From Raja brachyura (Eukaryota), in contig OY740788.1 of NCBI GenBank assembly GCA_963514005.1, positions 88,226,001-88,290,000 of the forward strand: DNA of 64,000 nucleotides, read 5' to 3'. Numbering within the stretch: position 1 is the stretch's first letter; every line of letters begins with the position of its first letter. The notes beneath the pieces were generated by a model. It was not told the DNA's origin and ran no database searches. It worked only from the letters and a program-made list of their open reading frames with translations. This document shows positions 47,338-60,128 of the stretch, piece after piece. Position numbers and translations under genes: made by a program.

Positions 47338-50300
47338 GGGTACACAAAAGGCTGGAGAAACTCAGCGGGTGCAGCAGCATCTAAGGAGCGAAGGAGATAG
47401 GCGACGTTTCGGGTCGAGACCCTTCTTCAGACTGGTCAGGGATCAGGGAAACTAGAGATATAGACAGTGATGTGGAGAGATAAAGAACAATGAATGAAAG
47501 ATATGCAAAAAAGTATCGATGATAAAGGAAACAGGCCATTGTAAGATGTATGTGGTGTGAAAATGAGAAGCTAGTGCGACTTGGGTGGGGGAGAGATAGA
47601 GAGAGAGGGAATGCCAGGGCCCGAGGGCTGAGGGAGAGGTGGGAAGGGGAGGAGACAGCAAGTGTTAACCGAATTGAGAAAATTCAATGTTTAAGCACAG
47701 AGGAAGCAGACTCCCCAAGCGGAATATGAGGTGCTGTTCCTCCAACTTGCGGTGTTGCTCACTCTGGCCGTGGAGGAGGCCCAGGACCGAGAGGTCGGAT
47801 ACGGAATGGGAGGGGGAGTTGAAGTACTGAGTAACCGGGAGGTCGGGTTGGTTATTGCGGACCGAACGGAGGTGTTCGGCGAAACGATCGCCAAGCCTCC
47901 ACTTGGTCTCACCGATATAGATCAGCTGGCATCTGGAGCAGCGAATGCAGTAGATGAGGTTGGAGGAGGTGCAGGTGAACCTCTGTCGGACCTGGAAGGA
48001 CTGCTTGGGTCCCTGAAAGGAGTGGAGGGGGGAGCTGAAGGGACAAGTGTAGCATCTCTTGCGGTTGCAAGGGAAAGTGCCCGGGGAAGGGGTGGAGCGG
48101 GAGGGAAGGGAAGAATTGACAAGGGAGTTGCGGAGGGAGCGGTCTTTGCGGAAGGCAGACAGGGGGGGAGATGGGAAGATGTGGCGAGTGGAGGGGTCAC
48201 GCTGGAGGTGGCGAAACTGGTGGAGGACTATGTATATGCCGGCTGGTGGGGTGAAAGGTGAGGACCAGGGGGACTCTGCCCTTGTTGTGGGTGGGGGATG
48301 GGGAGAGAGGGCAGTGTTGCGGGGTGTGGAGGAGACCCTGGTGCGAGCCTCATCTATAGTGGGGGAGGGGAATCCCCGTTCTCTGAAGAACGAGGACATT
48401 TGTGATGACCTGGTGTGGAACACCTCATCCTGGGAGCAGATGCGGCGTAGACGGAGGAATAGGGGATGGAGTCCTTACAGGAAGCAGGGTGGGAGGAAGA
48501 GTAGTCCAGGTAGCTGTGGGAGTCAGTGGGTTTCTAGTGGATGTCGGTCAGGAGCGTATCACCACCAATAGAGATGGTGAGGTCAAGGAATGGTAGCGAG
48601 GAAGGAGGGGGTTCTTGGGAGACAGGAATAGGGATCATCAGTCAGGGGCGAGGACCTGTTCCCGTGGAAGAACGCTGTGAGGCGGAGGCGACGGTAGAAG
48701 AGCTCCAAGTCATGGTGGGCCCGGAACTCATTGAGGTGGGGACGGAGGGGGACAAAGGTAAGACCTCTGCTGAGGACCGACCTTTCGGTGACGGAGAGGG
48801 GGAGGTCCGGGGGATGGTGAACACGCGGCAGGGATGGGGGTTGTGGCCGGAGGACGGTAGGTGAGTGGACTGAGGACGGAGCGTTGTGTGGTGGGGGGGT
48901 AGAGGGTGGTCAGGGGGTGGGGGGGGATGGGGGCTGTGGTTTAGGTGGGGAAGAGCAGGGGTTACATGGTGGGGGGGGGATGGGGAAGACCCAGTGGAAT
49001 AGCCACTGAGGTCACTGGGGCTGGGGAGACGGGCACTAGGACCCAGTGCCGTTACAAACAGAGTGGTGGGAGGAGTGAGCAACGTGGAGGCTTCAGGCCC
49101 GCTGCAGAGTCCAGTCTGTAGGTGAGGCGACGGCTGCGGGCTGCTGGAGGGCGGTGGAATGTCGCGGGTCGGCGGGCGGGCCCGAAGGTAGGAATCCGCG
49201 GGCAGTGGAGTGTCGCGGGTCGGCGGGCGATGCTGGGTGGTCCCGGTGGGCGGGTGGTCGGTGTGGCGGCGGCAAGGTTCAGCCCGCCCGGTGAGTGGGG
49301 CCCGGTACACGGGCGATGCTGGGTGGGCCCGGTACACGGGCGATGCTGGGTGGGCCCGGTACACGGGCGATGCTGGGTGGGCCCGGTACACGGGCGATGC
49401 TGGGTGGGCCCGGTACACCGGCAATGCTGGGTGGGCCCGGTACACCGGCGATGCTGGGTGGGCCCGGTACACCGGTGATGCTGGGTGGGTGGGCCCGGTA
49501 CACCGGCGATGCTGGGTGGGCCCGGTACACCGGCGATGCTCTGTGGGCCCGGTACACCGGCGATGCTGGGTGGGCCCGGTACACCGGCAATGCTGGGTGG
49601 GCCCGGTACACCGGCGATGCTGGGTGGGCCCGGTACACCGGCGATGCTGGGTGGGCCCGGTACACCGGTGATGCTGGGTGGGTGGGCCCGGTACACCGGC
49701 GATGCTGGGTGGGCCCGGTACACCGGCGATGCTGGGTGGGCCCGGTACACCGGCAATGCTGGGTGGGTGGGCCCGGTACACGGGCGATGCTGGGTGGGCC
49801 CGGTACACCGGCGATGCTGGGTGGGCCCGGTACACCGGTGATGCTGGGTGGGTGGGCCCGGTACACCGGCGATGCTGGGTGGGCCCGGTACACCGGCGAT
49901 GCTCTGTGGGCCCGGTACACCGGCGATGCTGGGTGGGCCCGGTACACCGGCGATGCTGGGTGGGCCCGGTACACGGGCGATGCTCCGGTACACCGGCGAT
50001 GCTGGGTGGGTGGGCCCGGTACACGGGCGATGCTGGGTGGGCCCGGTACACGGGCGATGCTGGGTGGGCCCGGTACACCGGCGATGCTGGGTGGGCCCGG
50101 TACACCGGCGATGCTGGGTGGGCCCGGTACACCGGCGATGCTGGGTGGATGGGCCCGGTACACGGGCGATGCTGGGTGGGCCCGGTACACGGGCGATGCT
50201 GGGTGGGCCCGGTACACCGGCAATGCTGGGTGGGCCCGGTACACCGGCGATGCTGGGTGGGCCCGGTACACCGGCGATGCTGGGTGGGCCCGGTACACTG

Positions 50301-50905
50301 GTGATGCTGGGTGGGTGGGCCCGGTACACCGGCGATGCTGGGTGGGCCCGGTACACCGGCAATGCTGGGTGGGTGGGCCCGGTACACGGGCGATGCTGGG
50401 TGGGCCCGGTACACCAGCGATGCTGGGTGGGCCCGGTACACCGGTGATGCTGGGTGGGTGGGCCCGGTACACCGGCGATGCTGGGTGGGCCCGGTACACC
50501 GGCGATGCTGGGTGGGTGGGCCCGGTACAGGGGCGATGCTGGGTGGGCCCGGTACACCGGCGATGCTGGGTGGGCCCGGTACACCGGCGATGCTGGGTGG
50601 GCCCGGTACACGGGCGATGCTCCGGTACACCGGCGATGCTGGGTGGGCCCGGTACACCGGCGATGAGGTTGGGGGGTCCCGGGGGGCGGCGAGGTTCGGC
50701 GGTCGCGTTGTGCTGGTGATTGGCGGTGGAATCGGGGAGGGGGAGATAAACAGAGTTACCGGGCGGGCGGGCGGGCAGCGGGACTGGGCGGCATCGGTAG
50801 GCGGGTGGAGGTCGGTGAAGGCGGCGTCCTGGAGGCGCTCCTTGTGGCCAACATGGCGTCGGGGGGCTCGGGCCAGAGTTGGGGCCTGGGGCCTGCGGGC
50901 GTCAT
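47338..50905 (-). mobile_element. Penelope-like element: GIY-YIG endonuclease and pLTR, RT core deleted, GC-rich 5' part with minisatellite
   Basis: ORF 47665-48423 NLIYCIRC..C..YIGET..RFAEH..LEEQHLI...LN. RT N-terminal motif (LSRGLTFVP frame) at ~48640-48830. Confidence 0.9.
49296..50665. repeat. 27-bp GC-rich minisatellite (GCCCGGTACACCGGCGATGCTGGGTGG)n, about 50 units
   Basis: Direct reading; 31-bp (+GGGT) and shortened variants are interspersed. Confidence 0.97.
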
Positions 50906-52059
50906 TTGGTCCAAAGTGCTCCCTCGCTGACACCTCACTCACTTGCCCTGCTCTATTCCCCAAGAGTAGGTTGAGCTCTGCCCTCTCCACAGCAGAGTCC
51001 TCTATTATGTGTGGTGAAACCATTCTGAACACACTCAACAAATTCCATCCCATCTAAGCCTTGAACACTATTGCAGCCCAGCCTATGTTAGGAAGGTTAA
51101 AAGATTATACTTTGAATCGGGAAAAACTAAGGGCCAAAATGCTTCTATTGCAATTTCATTGGTAAGTGGAGAACCGCTTAAAGTTACTTTGGAATTTGAT
51201 GAGCAGAATAAAGTGTATCTTTGGAAAAATAACAGTTCAAGTGGAATAATGGAACGACAGTGCCCTCTGGTGGGAATGGGGATATCTGCCACAGATCCGT
51301 ATCTCTTCCAGTGCTGAGCACCAGCCTTCAACCCTCTGGGTGAGAGTAGAACGGTATGGGCTGGTAGTAGAGGGGCCAGGATATTGCCTCCAGCATCTCC
51401 GGGGTCGGCTGCTGGAAGTGTTCCCTGAGACAGAGACGGACGGGTGAGGAGAGGGACTTTGGTCGGCGGGTCGAGCTGTTTGAGGATGATGGAGAATCTT
51501 GAATATAAACCATTGAACCATCCTCAACATTCACTCACTCCACCACAGGTACACAGTAGCAGCAGCTTGTAGCATCTTCAGGATACATTGCAGCAACTCA
51601 CCAAGACTCCTTAGGCAGCACCTGTTAAACCCAGCTAGAAGGACAAGGGCAGCAAATGCATGGTAACATCACCCACCTAGATGTTGTCTTCCAATCCACC
51701 CATCATACTGACCTGGAAACATAACAATGTTCCTTCACCATCGCTGGTTCAACAATCTAGAACTCTCTCTGCCTCAGAGCATTGTGGGTGCATATTGATA
51801 ATGGCGGAAATCCCGGGGGGATGTGCCCCCCCCCCCCCCATGCTTTGAGAGGTGGGGGACAATCCTCCCTGTGTTTTCTTGTATGTCGAAACATCACTTA
51901 GACCTATTCTCCGGCCTCTTTACCCGCAAGGGCGGAAATCACTTTTAAAACATGGGGGGGACACAATTGCCTGGCGGCTCGATGACAAGTTTGCACGACA
52001 ACTAACAATTTTATCTCCTCCCATCAAAAGTTTCTTTATCTATGTTTGTGTTAGTTTGT

Positions 52060-53285
52060 GAAGTAAGTAAGCAAGTTCATTGGCCAAGTATTCACATACA
52101 AGGAATTTGCCTTGGTGCTCCGCCCACAAGTAACAACATGACATACAGTGACAGTTACGAATGACTCAGAAAACACTAAACATTAATAATAATAAAACAT
52201 TAATGATAAAACACCATTGATCAAGCATGTGAACCAACAAAATACCAGATCAAAGGGAGGCTACAGATTTTTTGCTGTTGAGTAGAGCAACTACTCGTGG
52301 ATAAAAACTGTTTTTATGTCTGGCTGCGGTAGCTTTGACAGTCTGGCGTCGCCTTCCAGAGAGAAGTGATTCAAAGAGTTTGTGGCCAGGGTGAGAGGGG
52401 TCAGAGATGATCTTGCCCGCTCGCTTCCTGGCCCTTGCAGTGTACAGTTCATCAATGGAGGGAAGGTTGCAGCCAATAACCTTCTCTGCTGATCGGACGA
52501 TTCGCTGCAGCCTCCAGGTGTCGTGCTTCGTGGCTGAGCCAAACCAGACCATGATGGAGAAGGTGAGAACGGACTCTACGATGGCCGTGTAGAATTGGAC
52601 CATCATTGCCTGAGGCAGATTGTGCTTCCTCAGCTGCCGTAGGAAGTACATCCTCTGTTGTGCCTTTTTGACTGTGGAGTCGATGGTAGTCCCCTACTTA
52701 AGGTCCTTGGAGATAATGGTTCCTAAAAGACTCCACAGATGTGACTGTGGTGTTGTTGATGGTGAGTGGGGTGAGGGGAGGGGGAGCTCTCCTAAAGTCT
52801 ACAATCAATTCCACTGTCTTAAGAGCATTCAGCTCTAGGTTGTTGCTACGGCACCAGGACGCCAAAGCTGTGAGACTTCCTGTCTGTAGGCAGATTCCTC
52901 CCCATCCTGGATCAGTCCAATCAGGGTTGTGTCATCCGCAAACTTGAGAAGCTTGACGGAGAAGTCAGTGGAGGTGCAGTCATTGGTGTAGAGAGAGTAG
53001 AGGAGAGGGGAGAGTACACAGCCTTGCGGTGCTCCTATGCTGAGCTTTTGCGGGTCCGAGATGTGCTTTCCCAGCCTCACATGCTGCTTCCTGTCTGTCA
53101 GGAAGCTGGTGATCCACTGACAGGGGTTCAGGCACAGTCAACGCAGAAAGTTTGGAGTGTAGTAGCTCTGGCACAATGGTCTCGGTGCTGTAGGATGAAG
53201 TGCAGGCCCAGGTTGACTGCATCATCCACAGATCTATTGACCCAATATGCAAACTGCAGAGGGTCCAGCAGGGGGTTTGTGATAT
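52060..53285 (-). mobile_element. Rex1/Babar-type LINE, truncated and degenerate
   Basis: GAPQGCVLSPLLYSLYT, KFADDTT and YFLRQL..FYTAIVESVLTFSI..W. Confidence 0.9.
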
Positions 53286-54682
53286 TTTTCAGTTTACGTG
53301 TATTGTTTTCCTTCTCTCTCTCCTCCAAGGTTAGTTCTTCTGTTTACCTTTGTTTGCTTCAGTTTTATTCAGTGTTATTTATCACGTTGTAGCTTTTGAA
53401 AGGGGAGGGAGAGAGGGAGAGGGGGAGACAGAGACACATAGACTTTTCACAAACTAACAAAAATATCCATAAATAAACTTTTGATGAACTAACAAAAATA
53501 AGCATAAACATACTTAATTTTTTTTAATTTCATATAACGCCCCTAAATTATGGGTAAAAATTACTGAATAACGTTGGTGAATGAGGGGCTATACCAGCAC
53601 ACCATCTTGATCCTCCGATATCCGTTGAAATCTTTCCCATCCACCAATACATCCACAGTTCACAAAGGGTCTGAAGAAGGGTGGAGACCCGAAACGTCCC
53701 CTATTCCTTCTCTACATAGATGCTGCCTCACCCGCTGTGTTCCTCCAGCATTTATTGGCTGCTTCCAAAGCTCAAATAGTAATTATAGCCGCAGCACACA
53801 GTTTTAAGAAATTCTCCCGTGAATTTTATTCAAAGGAATGTGTCAGTAATACTTGAAGGTCAAAACACAATTATATTTACTGAGGAATGCATATCGATGT
53901 ATTGGTTGGTAACACATCAAAATAACAGTGTTAATAGGACAGTTAACACTTAGTTTTTGACTCGGAGGAATGAAGTGATGAACGACTCCAATCGTTCTGC
54001 AGTACTCATTAAATCCGAGAGCTTTTTACAAATGTAAAATTCCAAGGCGGTTTTGCATTTGCAGTAATCTATTTAGTGTATTGTATGAGGAATGGATGAG
54101 GGGTTATCATTACCAAAGGATGACATTTAATTATTTTCAGAGTCTGAGCCAGCTGACCATGCATGCGTCCGCAACTCCGCAGCGCGCAGTCGGATGGGAA
54201 CTGATTGCAAAATACATGTTTCACAAAACATGGTGGCGATTCTCCCCCGCCTCTCAAAACATGGAGGGGACATGTCCCCCCTGTCCCCCCCCCGGGATTT
54301 CCGTCCATGCCTCCCGTCCACCACAGAAGGAAGCTAGCGCTAGGGGAGGGTTGTTCAGCGGTGGCAAAATGGGTCGACATCAGGTTATAACGTGCGATTG
54401 TTCCTCTCTGCCCTCTCTCTATGCCCTCTCTCTCTGCCCTCTCTCTCTGCCCTCTCTCTCTGCCCTCTCTCTCTGCCCTCTCTCTCTGCGCTCTCTCTCT
54501 CCCCTCTGTGCCCTACCCATGTTTTAAAAGCGATTTCCACCCATGCTTAGTACGGGTGTCAGACGTGATGGGGAGATGGCAGGAGAATTGGGGATGAGAG
54601 GAAGAGATAGATCAGCCATGATAGAATAGCAGAGTAGCCTTGATGGGCCAAATGGCCTAATTCTGCTCCGGTCACTTATGAC

Positions 54683-57157
54683 TAGAGCCAGGATGTTTAG
54701 GCACTAAAAACATCTGAAATAGCCAGGCAAAAATGCATAATAAAATCACAAAAAAGGCACGAAAAACGCATTTATTGACAAATATAAACATAAAAAGACG
54801 TATTTCCACCACCAAAATATGGTTAAAATTGATAATATCAAGGTATACTACATTAAATGACCAAAGTTGCCTGGTTGCACATAACTACCAGCATTTTTAC
54901 AAATTATCTGGTGTTAAACTATGCCTTCTGTCAGACAGAATAGGCTTCAGTTGTGAAAAACATATTTCTACCTCAGCTGAGGTCACTGGTGCATACCAGA
55001 AACAAGCTACCGACTCTATATTCATGTTGATATCTTGTGCATTACCACTACCTTTGAGAACTTTAGCTATGTTTTGTATTTCTTCAAGACCTTTGTTAGC
55101 TAAAATCATTCTCTTACATTTTCCTTGTATTTCTTTAACTACATCGCCAGGAATTTTAGGAAAATCATCAGTTATTTTGTTGAAAACCTGCAAGTTATTC
55201 ACTAATGTTTCACCACGTTTCTCAAGGGAAGTGATAGCTTGCGGGAAGTTTGCAAAATTGGAAGCAATAAACACAAGATCGCGGTAGAGGGACTATTTCT
55301 GCATGATTTCACTGACGATCCTGACTGCAGCAGATTCTTCTTCAAAACAGTTGATGATTTATTTTATCTTTTCAAAATTTGCAGCATAGTAGAGTACAGC
55401 AGAGAGCCGTGTACCCCAACTAGTCAAAATGGGCTGATGAGGTAGCGGATTCTTGGGTGTCATTTCCTTGAACAGCTGTTATGTGATGGGGCTTTGAGGA
55501 AGATTTTCTTGACATTGAAAACTAGGCGATCGACATTTGGAAACAAGCTATGTATGTGCTTGGCAATTCTATGATGATGTCCTTGAGCTAAGCATGTGAA
55601 ATGCAACATTTTGTGTTTTATGCCTTCTGCCCAAAGTACTGCAAGTGAAGATGTAAACAACTGAGCAGTAGTTGAGCTGTTTGACGTCTCCAATACTTCC
55701 GATGTCAACAAATACTCCTTTGATGGTTGACCTGCCTCCAGTGTACCGATGACCACATTGGGAACATATCTCCCCACAGGTAGACAAATATGCTGCAGAA
55801 ACTCAGCGGGTAAGGCAGCATCTATGGAGCGAAGGAAATAGGTGACACCCAAGAATCCGCTACCTCATCAGCCCATTTTGACTAGTTTGGGTACACGGCT
55901 CTCTGCTGTACTCTACTATGCTGCAAATTTTGAAAAGATAAAATAAATCATCAACTGTTTTGAAGAAGAATCTGCTGCAGTCAGGATCGTCAGTGAAATC
56001 ATGCAGAAATAGTCCCTCTACCGCGATCTTGTGTTTATTGCTTCCAATTTTGCAAACTTCCCGCAAGCTATCACTTCCCTTGAGAAACGTGGCGAAACAT
56101 TAGTGAATAACTTGCAGGTTTTCAACAAAATAACTGATGATTTTCCTAAAATTCCTGGCGATGTAGTTACCTGGCGAGGTTGTGTCGGGACCCTTCTTCA
56201 GATTCCATAGATGCTGCCTCACCCACCGAGGTTCTCCAGCACGTTTGTCTACCTTCATTTTTCCAGCATCTGCAGTTCCTTCTTCAATATCTCATCACAG
56301 CATCAGTTGTCTCATCTATTGAGATCCATATTTTGTTGCTTGCAACTCCATCTCTAATTTTCTGCACAACAATGTTGAAGTTGCTGTTAACATAATGTTT
56401 TGTAATGATGACTCACTTGATTTAAGATCCTCTGAGAGATTTGTTTTCCAATTTCCACAGTGGAATTCCAGCATCAATGAATGCCTTGCACTAATCACTC
56501 AAACTCAGATTTGAGACTGGAGCCAGCAGTAAATGTAGTGAGGAGACAAGCTTTGTATTTCGCTTGGGTAGTCTACAACCCAGTGGTATCAACATTGACT
56601 TCTCTAATTTTAGATAGGCCTTGTCTTCTCCATCCTCCCCCTCGGCTTTCCCAGCTCTCCTTCTAGTCCTGCTGTCTTCCCCCCCCCCCCCCCCCACCAC
56701 ATCAGTCTGAAGAAGGGTCTCGACCTGAAGTGCCGCCTATTCCTTCTCTCCATAGATTCTTCCTCACCCGCTGTTTCTACAGCATTTTTCGTCTATTTCT
56801 GATTTTTCCAGCATCTTCAGTTCTTTCTTAAATAGATCTTGGAGAAGACTGAACCAGCGGGCAGCGGCATGAACGAATGAATGACCAACGGTGGCGCCCC
56901 TGGTTTTGCCCTGGTGGTGGAAGTTTTCTTATGTTATACTATGTTAACATGTTAATAATAACATTAATATTAGCGTGTTAACATAGAAAACATCCTTGTA
57001 ATCACGGTACAACTACAGAAAATAGCTCGACCTTTTAGCAAAACGGCAAAAAAAAGGCTGATTTAGGCACTCGTTCGTGAAAAAGGCATTATCCCCATGA
57101 AATCATCAAAAAAGGCATAAAAAGGCACATGGCATTTATGGCAAAATCCTGGCTCTA
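54683..57157 (-). mobile_element. hAT transposon with a decayed CGGBP1/DUF659-like transposase
   Basis: TIR TAGAGCCAGGAT / ATCCTGGCTCTA. TCLA..HHRIA (CxxH region), VKKIFLKAPS and dimerisation motif APVTSAEVEICFS..ILSDRRHSL. Confidence 0.8.
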
Positions 57158-58189
57158 ATGATCACAAATCCACTTCTGGGACCTGCACGCAGAGTCGCCT
57201 GACTAAACACCATAGACCGGTTAGAATACTCCAGGATAGAAATGTCAAATATTAGACATCAAGGCTTTAGGATGAGAGTAGGAAAGTTTAAAGAATGTAT
57301 ATGAGGCAAGTTCTTGTTTTCACAGAGTGTTAGGTGCTTGGAACACATTGCCGGGGGAAGCGGTGGAGGCAGATCTGAGAGGTAGTTAATAGTCATTTCG
57401 ACAAAGACATTAACAAGTAGCGAATGGTGAGACCATGTGCAGGCAGATGGGGATAGTTTAAATTGGCATCATGTTCGACACAGATATGGTGAGCCAAAGA
57501 ACCTTTCCCTCTGCTGTACTGTTCTATGCTTGTGTGAAACACTTGATCAGAGTACTACGTTTTAAGAAAGGAGGAGATAGAAAGAGAGCTTGGACAGGGC
57601 GTGGGAGGGGGGAGTGGTGGAAACAGTGGGGAGGGTGGAAGAGGGGGTAATGAGAGGTGCGTGTTAAAGGCATGACCATCAATAGCTGAATGAAAGCAAT
57701 GAGGAATGTACGAGAGGCCAGCATGTAAGTGTTTCAGACATTTTTTAGGATGATCAATCCGACGAGGAATGAATCTTCATAAGTTATAGGAGCAGAATTA
57801 GGCCATTCGGCCCATCGAGTCTACTTGTCCATTCAATCATGGCTGATCTATCTTTCCCTCTCAACCCCATTCTCCTGCCTTGTCCCCATAATCCCTGACA
57901 CCCGTAGTAATGAAGAATCTGTCAATCTCCCCCTTAAAAATACCCATTGACTTGGCCTCCACAGCCTTCAGGGGCAATGAATTCCACAGATTCACCACAC
58001 TCTGACTAAATAAATTCCTCCTCATCTCTTTTCTAAAGGTAGCACGGCTCTGGCCCTAGACTCTCCCACTGGTGGATACACCCTCTCCACATCCACTCCA
58101 TCCAGGCCTTTCTCTATTAGAATCTGGCACAACAATGGGAAGTTTTATATGAGGCGACCTAAAGGCAGGCAGGGAGGAGATGTGTGATC

Positions 58190-58558
58190 AATAGACAATA
58201 GACAATAGGTGCAGGAGTAGGCATTTCGGCCCTTCGAGCCAGTATCGCCATTCAATGTGATCATAGCTGATCATCCCCAATCAGTACCCCGTTCCTGCCT
58301 TCTCCCCATATCCCTGGACTCCGCTATTTTTAAGAGCCCTATCTAGCTCTCTCTTGAAAGCATCCAGAGAACCGGCCTCCACCGCCCTCTGAGGCAGAGA
58401 ATTCCACAGACCCACCACTCTCTGTGAGAAAAAGTGTTTCCTCGTCTCCGTTCTAAATGGCTTACTCCTCATTCTTAAACTGTGGACCCTGGTTCTGGAC
58501 TCCCCCAACATCGGGAACATGTTTCCTGCCTCTAGCGTGTCCAAGCCCTTAACAATCA
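58190..58558 (-). mobile_element. CR1 3' fragment
   Basis: ORF 58281-58568 and (TGTCTAT)n tail. Confidence 0.93.
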
Positions 58559-59109
58559 GTAACCACATTTTTCAAGGGACAATATCATCCTGAAATCTGA
58601 ATGTATTCACATTGGTAAATGTATTTCTAACAAGCAGTGGAAGAGGAAGTCAGCTCTAAAGAAAACCACATCTGCTAATTTTGGAGGGATTATGTGTAAA
58701 TGCTAACTCTGTGTCTTTCTTGATGCACGTGAGTTAAGTACTATTGACAAAAAGGCAGGCGAACTACATTTACGTTGAGCGTGCAGAAATTTAAGGGTGC
58801 CACTGAACAAGAAATTGTGCAATCTGTCAAGTAACATATTTCAGAAGAGGGAAATTACAATGTAAATGACGGGACGAATTTCTGTTTTATCCTGCATGCT
58901 TTGCATTTCTCTGAAAAGGAAGTAATGAGGTTACCCGCATACTCAGCTTTCCACTTTTGCCAGAAAGTTTCTCTCTCCCCTGTCTAAAACCCGTTACAAG
59001 TTTGACCATGGGTCACAGGGTTTTAGTTTAGTTTAGTTTAAAGATACAGCGTGGTAACAGGCCCTTCGGCCCGACCAAATCCGTGCCGACCAGCAATCAC
59101 CCACACACT

Positions 59110-59420
59110 GGGTGGCACGGTGGCGCAGCGGTAGATTTGCAGCCTTACAGTGCAAAAAAAACCACGGGTTCATCCTGACTACAGTTGCTGTCTGTACGGA
59201 GTTTGCACGTTCTCCCTGTGACCAAGTGGGTTTTCTCCGGGTGCTCCGGTTTCCTCCAACACTCCAAAGACATACAGGATTGTAGGTTAATTGTCTTTGG
59301 TAAAATTGTAAAATTGTCCCTAGTATGTAGGATAGTGCTGGTGTGCGGGATGATCACTGGTCGGCATGGATTCGGTGGGCTGAAGGGCCCGTTTTCACAC
59401 TGTATCGCTAAAGACTAAAG
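59110..59420 (+). mobile_element. tRNA-derived V-SINE (HE1-like), nested in an antisense SINE
   Basis: TGGCGCAGCGG box A, GGTTCATCC box B-like, V-core GAGTTTGCACGTTCTCCCTGTG. Confidence 0.85.
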
Positions 59421-60079
59421 AAAAAGATTAAAGGCTAGTTCTATCCTACATATTGGGATAATTTACAGCAGCCAATTAACCCGGATAGTTTTATAGTTTC
59501 CCGTAATCCTGTTTATATATTTGTTCTTCTATTTCCTGCTGGTTTTTGGAGGGCCCATTATATCATCCCGTCAGCATGATTGTGCCTTTGTTTATTGTGA
59601 AATCTACCCCCTGTGAATAAACTACCCACAGTGGATTAATCCTCTAGTAAGTCCTCTCCAAGTGCCACTGTGAACTTCTCCCTAATCACTAATGCATTTC
59701 CTCCACCTCACAGCCAAACTTCCAGCTTGTTAACCATCAGCACAGGATCACCTCAAGGTGGGTGCTCAGCCCCGTACTCTGTACCCATTACTGTGTGGCC
59801 AGACAGATTTGCCCTCAGTACATCTGAAACTTGCATCTGTGACCATCGTCGATGCATCCAGAGAGAATGGGGAAAACTACTCTGATGATCTGCCTACAGT
59901 TTGAGAGGAAATTTTCAGTAGTTTCCACTGCCCACTTTCCCCATGACTTCCTCTTTACACTCCACGCATTTGTGATGAAACAATCTTGTGGGGAAGTAGA
60001 AGAGGACATAGTCACTTCTAAAACAGCAACGGGAACATCGGGTCTGAATCTTTAATCCTTGCAAATCAAGTTTAACAAC

Positions 60080-60128
60080 ATGTTTGCACTGATATTCTCC
60101 ACCTTGACTCTGTCCCTCTGTGCAGTGG
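60080..60128 (+). CDS. Signal-peptide (leader) exon of a further secreted or membrane protein gene, probably Ig superfamily
   Basis: ACAACATG start; MFALIFSTLTLSLCAV(G); 49 coding nt; phase-1 donor G|GTAAGT; unique sequence with upstream Ets-type GGAA sites. Confidence 0.72.

Noticed and set aside
49296-50665. CRISPR-like array
   Set aside because: Contiguous tandem units with no unique spacers, in eukaryotic DNA.
48642-51057. Long ORFs of 400-800 aa resembling collagen-like or Pro-rich proteins
   Set aside because: By-products of a stop-free 27-bp minisatellite read in several frames.
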